A model generated the notes under the pieces. The model was not told the DNA's origin and ran no database searches. It saw nothing but the letters and a program-made list of their open reading frames with translations. Below, piece after piece: positions 12,601 through 27,600 of a stretch of 64,000 nucleotides of DNA. Made by a program: the position numbers and the translations under genes. The stretch is from assembly GCA_013265495.1 (NCBI GenBank), contig MU058868.1:1684587-1748586 (forward strand). Direction: 5' to 3'. The DNA is from Vicugna vicugna (lineage: Eukaryota). Every line of letters begins with the position of its first letter. Position 1 is the first letter of the stretch.

Positions 12601-15600
12601 AAGGCCTGTTCAAATTCTTAAGTGTCTATATTGTTAAATCACTTTACAGAAAGGATGTGCCAGTTATGCGCCAAGTAGCGAAGTATGAGAGTATTCACTT
12701 GCCACTGGATGAAAACGGACTCAACAGTGGTCTCTGTGGCAGTTACCCCTGCCCTCCTGAGGGACAGAGAAGCAGCGCCTCATTGTTTTAATTCGCTTTT
12801 TGTTAGGCTTTCTGTGAAGAGCTGGAGTCGATGATACAGGAACAGTTTAAGAAGGGGAAGAATCCCACAGGCCTGCTGGCGTTACAGCAGATTGCGGACT
12901 TCATGACCGCGAACGTCCCGAACGTCTACCCGGCAGCTCCACAGGGAGGGATGGCTGCCTTAAACATGAGTGAGTAGCTCCTGGCTCTGTACGCTGACTG
13001 ACTGACATCAGGTGTTGGTTCCTGTTTCTCTGTCTTGCCTGTTCCGTGGATTTCTAGAACGTCTTGGCGGATGCTCACCAGTGTGGTGCTGCCATTACTG
13101 TCTAGGGGACACTGAGACTCACGTTTAACTTACGAGCTCAGACTTCCGTCTTGGAGTGGAATGGTAGTCAGTAGGTTTTCGTTTTTTTCACGTGGGTTCT
13201 AGTGATACATGAATCAGACAATAAAGAACAATGTAATGTATTTACTTGGATGTTGTCTTCCAATCAGAGATAAAGAGAACTTCATTTCAATAGTGCCACA
13301 CCAAAAAAGGAAAGGAAGAAAGAAATCTGACTGGTTTTAATTGTATCCAGTAGTTTGTTTCTTAAATATAAAATTTTTAATACAAATTTTAACCTTTGTT
13401 ATAAAATAGAACATATGCAGATGGCACTGAACAAGTGATATATAACTCAGGAATGGTTTTAAGGTGACGCCTTTATAACCGTCACCAGGCTGAGAGGGGA
13501 GGAGTTACAGTCGCTGCCCCTTGCCCGACCCCTCTCTCAGAGGAACCATCGTCTTGACTGGTGTGGTGTTGTGCCTTGCTTTTCTTTGTGGTTCTGTCAC
13601 CCAAGTGGTCATCCCTAAATATTATGCTTCCGTGTTTGTCTATTTTGCTTAATGTCTCTTAAGCATTTTTAAGGTTACAAGTTGCCCCTCCATTTCTTTT
13701 TCTCCTCTCTCTTTAAAGAAAATGGATTTGTTGACCTACAGAGTTTTCTAGTCTGGGTTCTGCTGGTTCCCTGTCCGTGGTGCTGACGTGGTCTTTTGTC
13801 TTTTGTGTTCGCAGTAGTTGGTAGTTGGCTCTAGAAGCTTGGCTGTGTTTGGGTTCAGGTTTCGGCAGGCCCTGCTTCGCGGGCGGCACTGCGCTTATAG
13901 TTCTCACAAAGGTGCGTTGGTCTCCTTGTTTCCCCTTGTGTTGTAGCAGCCGTCGCTGCTCAATGCCCAGGTCTCTCAACTCACTAAAGGTCCCAGGATG
14001 GTGCTATTTCAGTTGTTTCTCTTTGTTCTGTATTTATTAATTAGAATATTTCTGCAAAGAGAAGCTTCCTTGGGAAATGGGACGTGGCCAGAAAGGGGGC
14101 CGCCTCCTTCCCTGTCACTCAGCACGTGCTTGCTGTGAACCTGGTGCTAAACCATCTGCAGGTGACCTGCTTCTTGGTCAGAGCTGCACATGTAGCAGAG
14201 CGGCTGCCTCGCTGTGGTCTGCTGAGAAGCCCTCAACCCACACACGAAAGGAAACTTCCTGTCAGCCAACTCTTGGTTACCCGGTGGTGTGGTCTGTATG
14301 CAAAAGGTAGTTCTGTGTAACATGAGAAGTTGGTTTCCTGTCATCCTTCTAAAGTGACCAGTTACTGTAATTTTCTAGTATTATTTTGAACTCATCGATT
14401 TAAATAAATGTATTTAATTGTGTCAGAACGTTGCAGTTACCCTCTTTGGTGCTGCTCACGCTGTCCCATCTTTGACTGATGGGCGTCTGTCCGGGTTGAC
14501 TCCTGAGCCCAGTAGTCTTTGGTAGCGTTCAGGCCATCTCCTGTGAGGATCTGAAGTCAGCCGTTTCTCTGAGAAACCTTTGTTTCTTTTTGTGAGAAAT
14601 GAAATTTTAGTCTGGGTGCTAGGAGTGCTCATTGCTACTGACTAGTTAGTCTGTCTTTCCAGGCCTTTTTGTTGGACAGAACAAGAAATGCCTCTCACCT
14701 TATGATTTGTATACTGTACTGATAATCTAGGATTATAATTCAAATTGAGGTCCAGTTCTAAGAGGGTTTTACTTGACCTCTTCCATCCAACACTTAGGTC
14801 TTCCTTTCTTCTACAACAAGTATTCTTGTTCTCCAGGACGCCAAGAATAACAAGATTAGAACAGTACGCAATTACTCACTACTTTTTCCCACATAGCATG
14901 CACAATACCAATACTATACCAATAGCATGTTCTTCCTTCATGCTTTTACATAATTATATCCTGTGTTGTCAGAGCATATAACCATTACGTACTACGGCCT
15001 TCCCTTATAACGTTCGTGTAGTGTTATAATTACTAACTTAATTCTGTAAAAAATCTGTACTTAATGCTCACCACCGGCCTTGTACCATTGACCCCTAGTC
15101 AGTTTGGTTGTCTGAAGCTCCTTTTATAGTGGATTTCTCAGAAAACACTTGTGGAAGTGACTCTGAGCTCCTGCACCGTGGCCTTTGTATGTCGGGTGAA
15201 TTTGGTTTGCTGAGTTTGAGCATAAAGTCGTCAGCTCACATTTTCTTATTTTGTGTATCTTAAATACATGGTTCATGTTCTTCTGGCCCAAAGCTTTGTT
15301 ATTAGAATTTGAAGACAGTCTTTCCATTTAAGTTACTTAATCTCTTTTCCTGGATGCTCACACTGTTTTTCTCTTTCTTTAAAGCCAGCAGTTTTACTGG
15401 AATATGTCTTAGTGTCGGTCCTTCTGGGTTGATTTTCTCCGATGACAGGCCCTTCCAAATCTTACTTACTTTAGCAGTGTTTTCTTGAATTGGCTTTTAA
15501 TATGTATTCGGTTCCCTTGCTTCTGTTTCCTTCTTCTGGGATTCCTGTTACATGCGTGTTGGATTTTCTTTGCCTTCTTTAACTGCACTTTTTCCCAAAT

Positions 15601-18600
15601 CCATTGTATCATTTTCTTCATTTCTTTGTGATTTAAAAAGTTTTTCATTTCCCTTTCTTCTACTTTGAATTTAGTATTTTTACAATTATTTTTTCGTTTG
15701 TATCTGATTTCCTTTACATTCCAGCCCATGCTTCTGAATTTTTCTAATTATATTAACTTTTTTCATATTTTTTATTATTAGTACCTTCAACTTTCTTGAA
15801 ATACTAGGTTATAGTTTTCATTTGTTTTGTGGACATGTCTTTCTTGTGTGCTTCCATTGTCTGTAGGAATGTGATTCTGCCCTTTTTTCTTTAAATAATT
15901 TTTGTGTGGTACTTGATCATGATGTTTTTCTGTTCAGTTTTACCGGAAGTTAGTTTTCCTGGAGTAGTCTGGTCCGGAGTCCTGGCTCTAGAGCTCCCTC
16001 TTCTGTCGTTTTTGTGCAGTGCTAAAAATATGGCAGCTTGTTGAATGAGATTGGGTTATGTCCACCTCCCTGGCTTTTATCTGGACCTTTCCTCTCCTTC
16101 CCACTCCACCCCACTCCTCCCCTCCCCTCCCCTCCCCTTCCCCCCAGAGTCCTGTGCTACGCAGTTTAGGTTCTAATTTACACAGATTTCTTAGTGTGAG
16201 CCTTTGTGCTGAAAGACTGTTTCGGGTGGTTAGTTTAGAGAACTTTTAAGTGTTAAAATGTTGCAGAACTCCTCTTGGTATTGGCTGCTATTCTCAGTTT
16301 GGTCCTCTGAGTTCTTGTTGGTTCTTTCGGGAGTCTCAGGTTTGGCAGATGGTCCACGGTTTCCTTCTTCCTCCTGCACGGATGCTGAAACCACTCACTC
16401 TGTCTGTGTAAGCTCCCCCGCTATGTGTTCAGCTTCATGGGCCGACCTTGTTACCTAGTTCTGTTGCAGATGCATCCCTGGGTTTTCAGCTTTGCTACCC
16501 TGATTGCTCTAGTTACTTATTTTCTGCAGGGTTGGGATAGAGATTATTTAAGGAGATTCAAAAACTGTACTTCCACTGCCATCATCCTCTGAAAAATCTT
16601 CTAAAAAGCAATTTGAACAATTAAAGAGATGAGGGAGGACCCAAGATGGAGAAGTGAAGAGTGTCACAGCTCACCCTCTCCCACAACTACACCAAGAATT
16701 ACATCTACAAACCCACTGCATTGCACAGAACTCCTTCTGAGCTCTGGCAGAGTGTCTCTTGTTTCGAAATACAGGAGGATTCTCACGAAATCCGGTAAAC
16801 AACAAGTTTCTACTCTGTAGCACAGGAAACCATATTCAACGTCTTGTAGTAACTTATGGTGAAAGAGAACATGAAAAACGAATTCATGTACGTTCATGTA
16901 TGACTGAAGCACTGTGCTGCACACCAGAAATTGACACAACATTGTAAACTGACATATACTTCAATAAAAATGTATTTAAAAAAAGAAAGAAAAAATTAAA
17001 GAGCTAAAGTAGAGGATTTATATGCTGAATCAAGATTATACGTATGTGGTTCTTTGTATTTTCTCTGTACTTTTCTGTATGCGTGAGACAGTTCAGAGTT
17101 AAAAGTATCAAATCTAGCAATATATAGCAAGGGTAATTGTGTCGTGACCAGATAGGGTCATGCAGTCAAATACTTTGTTTCTTCCTCTCCAGTGTACACA
17201 TTTCTGTTTGTTTTCCTCCCTCTTGCCTCCTAGCGCTGGTCAGAATCCCTAGTACAACATCCAGTGCAAGTGCGAGGGTGTCCATCCCCGCATTGTTCCT
17301 GCTCTTGGCCATAAAACGTCTGTCTTTCATCATTGTGTTTGGTGGTAGTGGTAGGTTTTTTGTAGATGTCCCTCATCAAGTTGAGGTTATTCCCTTCTGT
17401 TCCTAATTTACTGAGAGCTTTTATCCTGAACGGATGTTGAGTTTTATGAAATGCTTTTCCTGCATGTTAAGATGATCCCATGGTTTTTCTTCTTTAGTTT
17501 GACAAGATTATAGTGATTGGTTTTTGAATTCTGAACCAACCTTGCATTTCTGAGGTTAAGCCCCTAAGTCATGAGGTGTTACTCTTTTTATATTTTGCTG
17601 GATTGTTTGCTAAAACTTTGTTAAGTGTTTGTAGTGTGTGTTCATGGAGGTTATTGGTCTGTTTTTTTTTGTACTGTCGTGTAGTGTAATGTCTGTGTGT
17701 GGTTTTGGTATCGGTAACGCTGGGCAGGTAGATGAGTTGGAAATTGTTCTGGAAGAACTTGTGTAGAGCTGGCACTACGTCTTCCTTGAATATGCAACAG
17801 AATTTACACTGAAGTCATCTGGGCCTGGGTTTTTTATGGGAATGTTTTTAGCTGCAGATTCAGCGAGTGGCAATGGGGCTGGTTAGGGTGTCTGTTTCTT
17901 CTGGAGTGAGCTCTGGTGACTGATGTCTTTCAAGGAAGTTGTCTGTTTCATCTAAGTTCAGGAGTCGCTGGCATGGATGTTCCTGCTACTCCGTTATTAC
18001 CCTTTTAGTGTCTCTGGGGTGTCAGTGCTATCCCTCTCTGCTTCTGGGCATGTTGGCCATTTCTTTCTTTAGTGCATTTTTATGATGAGTCTGGCGAGAG
18101 GTATATTCTATTTCATTATTTTATTTTGATGTTAATATTTTCAAGATTAAACCAGATTTTCTCTATTCTTCTGTTTGATTGCTGTTTTTATCTGTATAGT
18201 TTCTTCTTTCTTACTTTGGAACTTTGCTATTCCTCTTCTAGTCTCAGTAAGGTAGAAACCTAGATCATTTTTTAAAACCCTTCCTTCTAATACGTATTTA
18301 ATACTATAAATTCCCTTCCAGGTGTTGCTTTGAGCCACAGCTCACACATTTGCTGTCTTTTTGGTATTGATTTCTCACTTAATTATATTAACGTGCAGGA
18401 ACATGGTCTTTATGAAATAGTCTTTGATGTTTTGGAGAGTTACCTTATGACCCTTTATGGGATGATTAATATCTCAACCGTTATTTGATTTACATTTGAT
18501 AAGGAATATTAAATCTCTGAGCCTTGTTTTTCTTTATTTCAGGTCTCGGTATGGTGACTCCTGTGAATGACCTTAGAGGATCGGATTCTATTGCCTATGA

Positions 18601-21600
18601 CAAAGGGGAGAAGTTACTGCGGTGTAAACTGGCGGCCCTTTACCGACTAGCGGATCTCTTTGGATGGTCGCAGCTGATCTACAATCACATCACGGTGAGT
18701 ACTGAGGTGGCAGGAACTGGACGGCAAATGGGGCACCGTGTGTCTGGCACCACCGCCTCTTTCCGCTCAGGAGAAGGGGGAGTTTGGCTGAGCGGAAGCA
18801 GATCTTGGAACACCTTCCTTTTCACTCCTGACTGCAGCATGCAGTAATCTGAAAATCAGCCTGTTTGAATTAAAAACTGAGAGCAGTAGTTCTTTAAAAA
18901 CCTCCTTTCTTACGTGCTAACCTAATAAATGTGCTTACCAAATTATAGACAGTTCCTAAAATTCTCTTTATGCCTGAAAAGCCAAGAGTGAAAATGTTTT
19001 CTTTCTTACTCTGACCAAAGTCGTCTGTGTCTTATACTGATTTTGTTTCTTCAGCTAATCCAGTTTTCACTACTTTTGAGCATTATCAGGACCTCTGTTT
19101 TCTTTGGCTCATTCCTGCAATAAGCTTTACTCGGTATCTGCTTTAAATACTGACTGCTCTGTACCCAGCGTTGTGCTGATTCTGAGGTTATTTCACCAAA
19201 GGGGACGGGCCTTGCCTTGGTGGATCTTCCCTTCCGCGTCTCGGCCCACCAGCCCGCTTCCTCTCCCCGCGTTGCCCCGCTCGGGTTTCGTGGCCTGTCG
19301 TTTCAGTAGCCCTCTGCCAGTAAGGCATCGCTCCTCCCTGCACCTGAGCAGCCACATCCCGCTGCGGAGGGCTTCACAGCAGAGCCCACTGGCTCTCTCC
19401 GCAGAGTCACAGCCTGTCTCAGGTGGATCCCCAGGACCGCCTGGCCACTGTTGGACGCCTCTTACACGCTCACTGACGCTTCCCTGCTGCCTCTACTTTC
19501 TTGGAAACTGCTGACCCCCTCCTCCCGGCAGATGACCGTGTCATGTCACAGAGAGAAGGGGGCTCTTTACTGATGTCTGTACCCATTTTATACTCCCGCC
19601 ACCTCTTAGGTTGTCCTGCCTCTGCCTACAGGCCAGAGTTGGTTTCCTGGCTTGGGATTCCGTCCCCTCCCGCCTTTTTGGAGTCCTAATGCGTTGTCGT
19701 CTTTCTAGCTTTCGCCTCCCCTCCCCTCCTGTCCCCTCTCCTTTCTTGTAGAGGTGGCCTCTGTCTTTGCACTGCTTCCTTCCTTTGACTTAAAACTCGA
19801 TACAGTCTCTTTTTTTAAGTTAATTAATCTTACTGGTTATTTGAAAATATTAATACTGTGTCTGCTGATTGCAGCCAGTGCACCTTGCACAGGTGTCTGA
19901 AGAAGCCACGGCCCTGCTGGTGCTCTCAGCCCCCTGAGATGAGCAGCGTTAACAGCTGCTGAGATGGTTTTACTTTTTCTCATACTCAGCACACACGTGG
20001 GAGGTGCTTTTCACATGTGGACTCTTGACCAGCGATGCCTCGTTCAGCTCTGTTCTGGACTCCAAGGAAGGTTAACCCTCCGAGGTGGTGGTCTGGAGCC
20101 CACCTCTGTGGCAGTGCCCTGCCTTCTGCCGTGATGGGGATCTCTGCCAGAGACACCCAGTCAGGTGGAGTTGGCGTTCAGAGTGACCTTACGATCTGTG
20201 ACGTTAGAGTTCCTTCCTTGTACACACAGCAGAGGCATTAGACGGGGGAAGACACACAGAGCGCCCAGTGCTGGTCCAGCGGGGACGTGTCCTCCTCGCT
20301 TTCCATCTTACAGCGGTATTTTGCACTTTGTTCTTTTTGCTTCAGATTCAGGAAGTTGTACATTTTATGCTTTTTCCATTAAAATATGCGGATCTGTTAA
20401 GCTCACTCTTGGAAATATACGTTAAGGAAGTAAGTCAAAGAGAGAAACGTGATGTATAAATATATTGTAGCATTATGTATCATAATGAAAAAACTTGAGA
20501 GTCTTGATATCACATTCACATCCTGCATTTCTGGTGCTCCCGTGGAGACGCCCAGCTGGGGTGTGCGCCCTGAGGATGGCACCGGGGTGGTCCCTGCCGA
20601 CGTCTCAGCCCCACATGAGGACGATCCTAGCAGCAAGAAAGTTTTCTTTATTTCAATAAAGAACAGCAGAATACTGTAGACGGACTTTCTAGCCTGAGGA
20701 AGGTAGGAGGGTGTGTAGGCGGCAGCAGAGCAGCAGCACGTTCTTGCCCGCGGATTGAACAGGAGTGCTTTCTGAAAGCAAAAGCAAGTTGGAGGAGCTG
20801 AAAGAAGAATACCGAGAAATAGAAAACTCAGAGAAGACCAAAATCAAGAAGAAAATAAATCAAGAATATTGATTTCACAAAGCATGTGTGGCACTGGTTG
20901 TGCTGTAAGCTTTCCTGTGAGCATTTCAGCAAAAATTTGAGAAGATTTACTGTGCAGTCTTACACAGTGAGGCCCCAGTAGCAGCGAACAGCAGTTAGAG
21001 TCTAACGTTAGCTGCCAGTGTCTGTTTTCTGGTCTCGCCCTTCCCTGAAGAGGGGTGTTGGCTGCCCAGCCTGTGGAAGGTTTAAAAGGCAGTATGTCCC
21101 TATGAATACGAAAAGTTGTTGGTGGAGTAAAATCTGAAGCTGAAGAGGAAGAAGAAATGAAATGTTGCTCAGCTCATTAGTCACCAGGAAGTTATAAGTT
21201 AAAGCCACAGTGGATACCATTTCACAGACACCAGATTTTAATTTTAGAAAAGATGGTTGTGGAGGCATAGAACCGTCATAGGCTACCGGCAGGAGTGTGC
21301 ATTTAATTAGGCTCTTTGGAGAATAACTTGGCTTCACCGCCCAGTTTCTTGCCCTAAGGAGCTTGAATATGTGCACTAGGAGACAGGTGCAAAATGTCCA
21401 TAGCATTGCTTTTAAAAAAAACACTGAAAAATACATGCAGTATGATTCTAATTATATGATGTTTATAAACAGATAAAAGTTAAGCACTATGTTACTTAGG
21501 GATGAATATATGTAAGATAAAACTGTAAAGAAAAGAAAGAAAATGCTTAATGCATAACATGCAGGATAGTGGTTACGTCTGGGTTATTGCGAGGGAAGAA

Positions 21601-24600
21601 ACAGCTCCAGAAGAATGAGGTGTTTATTTTGTTTCTAAATCTGGTTGAAAGGTAAAAGGGTGTTTGATTTATTATTATACTTAAATTGTGCATATACCTT
21701 CTAAATACTTTCTACATGTATGTTTCAAAATAAAAACTAAAAACAAGGAAAAGTACTTGACATTTAATTTTCAGCTATTTTCAACCTTATTTTTCTTCAT
21801 CCTAGTCAGTAAATACACAGAGTAATTCTTTAAGTTTTGTTTTGACCCAGTTTGTGAATTGGGGAATTTTGTGTAGTTTTAATTTATATAATTAAAAAGT
21901 TCAGCTTACTTTTTAAATAAAAGAACTGGCTTTAGAAATAAAAATCCTGGCTAACTTACAATTAACGGGGAGAGGTTTGGGGGAAAGGTCGAAACACGTA
22001 TACTTTTGGAACAACTTGGGACGAGCAGAGACCTGGACAACGGGGACTTTCAGAGAATGGGCGTCACAGAAGTCGCCTTCCCGCGGCCACCGCGGTGGTA
22101 ACAGTCGGGAGACGCCATTTGTTGAGAACGTCATTGTGAACGTAAGCCCCTTTCATCCCCACTTTGTGGGTTAGGAGACCAGGAGCCTAGGGTCCCCAGA
22201 GCAGCACAGTCAGTTCTGGCAGAGCCAGGATTTTAACTCAGGTCTTCCGTGACTGTGGATCGAGTTACAGTGTGCTTTTGCGTGGAGATGGCTTGGAGGA
22301 GACAGAGCAGGGTCAGGTGTCTAAGAACTAAACTGGGGAGGGGGTGGTGCAGAGCCTGTTCTGTGCTGTACACTAGAGACAGATTTCTGCTTGTGTGAGA
22401 GAGCTTTTTTTCCCTGCAAAAAATAAAAATTTAAAATTTTGCAAAGGTAAAGACTTTAATTATATGCCTTTACAAGATAACCTTTCACAAAGACAACTCA
22501 GCTGTTGGATTTCACACCTAATGAGATAAAGCAACTACCCAGACTCGAAGGAGAAACGGGAAGCAGTGCAGTGACCGCTCGCAGCAATGACCAGACCACC
22601 CGCAGAGCCAGCAGGAAACCAGCAGACCTGAACTCCACCAGAACCTCGGGATCCCGTCAGCAGATTCAGGGGAGCTGCACAGCACCAAACCAACGTGCGG
22701 AATCTGTGGTATTTGCATTAGTTGCATTTCCAAACAACTGAAAGAGGAAGAAAACAGCCCCTTTATAATAGCATAAAAACAATAAACAAAGTAGGAATAA
22801 ATTTAACCAAGGATGCGAAAGATGTCTACACTGGAAGCTGCAGAACGTTAATAAAAAACTGAAGGCAGAAATAAAGGGAATCTGTGCTTGTGTCTCACAC
22901 CACTCACATCAGTTCATTCAAGAGAGATTAAAGGCCTCGTGTAAGACCTCGAACAGTAAACCTCCCGGAAGGAAGTATAGAGAAAGCTTGTCTGGACATC
23001 GATCTTGGAAGGGTTTTTGTTTCGTTTTCTGTGTGTGGGACCGTGTGTGACGCCTAAAGTGCAGACGGCAAGATCAGACGTAACCGGGAGGGACTCCGTC
23101 AGACAGAGCGGCTTCCGCTTCTGGCGGAGGAGAAGCAGCTGGCAAAATGAAAGGGATCCCATGTCAGATAAGGGGTTAACACTGAGATCGTATTTTTTAA
23201 AAAATACATTTCAGTGGCAGTTAATCAAATTATAATACGGGTAAGGAACTGAATGGGTATTTATTCAAAGGTTTACAAATGACCGATAGGCACGTGACAG
23301 GGAAATCGATGTTACAAATCATTGGGTAATTACAAATCAGAACCACGAGGAGATACCATCTCACACCTGAGAGAACGGCTTTTAACAAAGAGGTAAGAGC
23401 TAGCAAATGCTCGCCAGGAAAGGAGACTGCACTGTTGGCGGCGGTGTAAATCGATGCAGCCACTGTGACAAACAGGATGGAGGTTCCTCAGAAAATTAAA
23501 AGCAGAACTACCATACGAATCAGCAGTCTTGCTTCTGGGCATGTGTCTGAACAAAACAAAGCCACTATCCTGAACAATCACATCCACTTCATGGCCAGTG
23601 ACGCTTGTTTACAACAGCCAAGACCTGGAGACGGCAAGGTCTCTACCAAGATGAGTATAAAGGAGAAGCGATTTTATCGTTCACGCGTATGTGGACATCT
23701 CTGTGTGTGTAGATATACACACACACACAGATCAAGACATATATACACACAGTCAGCAGTTTACTATTCAACCATAAAAAAAACAGGGAAATTCTCCATT
23801 TGCAGCAACATGGATATCCCTTGAAGGCATTATGCCAAATGAAATAAGTCGGAGAAAGACAAATATTGCATGACCTCATTTATGTGTGGAATCCAAAGAA
23901 ACAAACACAAATAAATAAACTCATAACCCAAAAAGCCACATTTGTGGTTCCAGAGACAGGAGATGAGGGGTGTTACCTAGCCAGACTCGGGTCCGCTCCA
24001 CCAAGCGCAGCAGAGCCAGGGAAGGGCGCCTCTCGACGGTCAGGTCTCTCCAGCTTCTCCCTGTTCACTGCTGTGCCCCAGCACCCAGGGTGTCGCAGGC
24101 CTCAGCGGCTGTTTGCTGCGTGAAGAAGTGGGCAGGCCACGGGGGGACGTAGTGAGCGTCCCTGTCACTGCAGCTGTCCAGGCAGGCTCCGTGTGTGTTT
24201 CTCTCTGGGCCTCTGCAGAGGAAGTCACCCTGCTGGTTAGAAAGCTGGACTAAACACCATGAGGCCTTTTCAACAAACAGTGAATTCCACTTACCCAACT
24301 CTAGTTAGAATTCTTCTCCCAGTAGTGTTCCAACCTGATAGCTTTTGAAGTCTTTTAAGTTTATCTAAAAATCATCATAAAAAATCAGACTTAATTTTTG
24401 TGAGGGCAGGACCCTTGTCCCCGCTGTATGGCCAGTGTCCAGCCCAGCTCTGCCGTACGTGTCAGATCTGTCTTGAATGAAGTGTGGAGAGAAGAGTGTA
24501 CTGTGGAAGACAGAAACAAGCCAGGGGAGAGGGTGTGGTGTGCAGAGACTTTTATCAGGCAGTAAGGAAGGACTGTCTCTCGGTTGTCATGGTTAATGAT

Positions 24601-27600
24601 TATTCACTGTCTCACAGGGTTTGAGTACTTACAAGGAAACTGTCTTGACTTTTAGAAAGTAAGTTTTGACTTTCCATCACTACACACCTGAGGAGGAACT
24701 CCTTTTTGCACACGATACTGGTTTGGTAGCCACCAGACGGTTCTTCATCATAAATAATCTTATAAATTACTTTGAATGTGATCAGGACGCACTTTGTGTA
24801 CCTGATAGTTACTGCAACATCATGATAGGAAGGTTTAAATACCTCTTAGCTTTGTGACAGGCACTGAATTTAAGTGCATTCCTATGGAGCTCACTTAAGG
24901 CTCACAAAAAGTCCCATGAGTTTGTAACTGAAAGAGATGCAGATAACTGCAGTAGGATTTTGGAGCTGACTCAGTAATTCTCCCCGCAGACCAGAGTGAG
25001 CTCTGAGCAGGAACACTTCCTCATCGTACCGTTTGGACTTCTCTACAGTGAAGTGACTGCATCCAGTTTGGTAAGAATGTCCTTCTCTGCTTGGGCATCT
25101 GTGTGTGGGGGTCATATTAGGTAATTAAATACTATCTACTCCCACCAGACATACAAAACCCAAGAAAGAGGGGAGAGTCTGTGTTCTGTGTGATTAACTC
25201 GGGGGGAAACCTTTAAAATTAGTTGTAACGTTACTGGTTTAAGTAATTTCCAGGTAGGTTAACTTGAAATCCTCTTGAGATTTAGAAATGTTGCTCTCTT
25301 ATTCCAGGTTAAAATCAACCTACAAGGAGATGTGGTAGATCGTGGAAGCACCAACCTGGGGGTCAATCAGGCTGGCTTCACGCTGCATTCTGCAATTTAC
25401 GCTGCACGGCCGGACGTGAAGTGTGTTGTGCACATCCACACGCCGGCAGGGGCTGCGGTGAGTGCTGCCCTGGACGGGCTTCCGCGTGAAAGCTGTTCCC
25501 CGAGCCGCGCTTCACGCTTCCTCTGAATTGCTCTCTCTTGCTGCGACAAGTCCATAAGCCTCATTTTGTTGAATTAAAAAAAAAATTTTTTTTTGCTCAC
25601 CATGTTTGACTTTTTTAGAAGAATATATATGTTTTTAAGGAGCCCATTTACTATCTAATTTTGAAAAGCCTGTCGTAAGTCTGAAAATGTCCTTAAGGCT
25701 TAACAGTTAGAAAATAAAGTGACGGATGGAAGTCAGATTTTGGTGGGTTGAAGACTGTGGGGCGCAGAAGGAAAGCAGGGAGGTGGGAGACATGGCTTGG
25801 TGGGTGGAGGGTGCTCTGGGCTCAGGGAAGGGTTAGTGGGATGCGGGAGACTTGGGCATGCTTGATGGGCTTGGGGAGGGAGCCAGGCGTGCGACGGAGA
25901 GGTGGAGGCCTAGACACCAACCTGGCCAGCCTCCCCACAGCGGTCTGCCTGGGGGTGGCGGAACCCGGGCTGCGTCGTGGTTGGGGAGGGCAAGAGGCAG
26001 GCAGGGGGAGCAGGGCACGGACGGTGCGGCTGTGAGGGGGCTTGGCCTCCGAGCCCAGAGCTCGCCGGGGGCCTGCCGTGCTGGCCACCGAGCCGGGCCC
26101 TTCCGGTGCAGACAGGCCGCCCTGAGGCCAGGCCCTCGGTGCAGGTTTGTGGCAGCGGAACACTCTGGAACTGTCTAGAATCGCTTCTTACCACAGCTTG
26201 ATGCTTGAGTGACTGTCTGGCTTGTTTGGCAGATGACCTCGTTGATTAAGTAGTACTGAATTTTCATCTGTTTTGGCGTTTTAATGTCACAGATCTTGGG
26301 TGGTTTGGATGAATGTTAGGTCTGGTTTGTGTGTTTTGCTTGAAGCTGTGGTCCTTGATGTCAGCATCAGTGTTATTAGGTACATCATTCTCCAGGCGAT
26401 GTGATTTTTTCCCTAAAATAATGCGTGCTCTTCCAACCTCAGAGGAGTGTGCCCCCTTCCCGCCAAAAGAAATCCATGTATTTTAAAGAACCATTAGAGG
26501 TACCTTTGAGGATATGGTTACTACTGTTAGCTAGCATGTAATTTGTTTTAAAATTTATCAACATAACCTTTACTTTATAAGGAAATTTCTCCTTATGGAA
26601 AGGCTGATACTTGGAAAGGAATTAAATATGGTATCGCCTTTTCTGTGGTAGTGCCTTTTTAGGTTAGCTTTTCTGTATAGAATTGTTACATTTACACGTA
26701 TATTATTTGAATCTCTAGAGCCTGTTAGTCTAAATGGAAGACCTTTAAAATTAGCCTAGTCTGAAGTCAGTTTGGGGACTTAAGGAAGGCAGTGGGCTGC
26801 GTGGACACTTGAAGGTTTTGCTTAGGTAAGTGCAGAGAAATCGCACAGTGTGGTGGCCCTGCAGCTTTCAGGCATTTGCCTTTACCTGGTTTTCAGGTAC
26901 GTCCGTCTCACCTACAACCTCAGATGAAAAGTGAGCACAGACCTTGCCGCACTTCAGAGACGCCTCATTCAGAGGAAGCCTTTGTCCCTCCTCGCAGTCG
27001 GCCAGGGCTCATCTTACCATTAAATCCGAGCTCACCTGGCCTTCATGATCAGTGTGGGACAAATCCAGAAAGATGTGAAGTTTCTTTTGAGGCCCTCCTT
27101 GACAGTGTGGTGGCTTTGATTTTCAAATGTAGATTGATAGTGAGCCCAGAAGTGAGGTTTTTCTTGAGTTCATGGTTCATCTAGTTCTGAATAGAGAGCA
27201 GGTGAAGGACATTCCCTCTCATTTCTTCAAGGGGAGAACTCACTGTGTCACCGTGGGCGCGTAGCCCCTGACTCGTGGTCACCTGTGGTGTCCCTTTGCT
27301 CTCCAGGTCTCTGCGATGAAGTGCGGCCTCTTGCCAATCTCCCCGGAGGCACTTTCCCTTGGAGAAGTGGCTTATCATGATTATCACGGGATTCTGGTTG
27401 ATGAGGAAGAAAAGGTTTTAATTCAGAAAAATTTGGGGCCTAAAAGCAAGGTCAGTGAGCATCTAATGTGGTATTTACATTTGTGGAAGAAAGAAGGAGA
27501 ACGTGTGCGCTTGTTGCCTTGTTGCGTCTTGATGAAGGTCCACAGAGCCTTCACGTTTCCTCCTTCAGGTTCTCATTCTCCGGAACCACGGGCTGGTGTC

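Noticed and set aside
16095-16145. C-rich (CCCCT)n tract
   Set aside because: Simple low-complexity sequence
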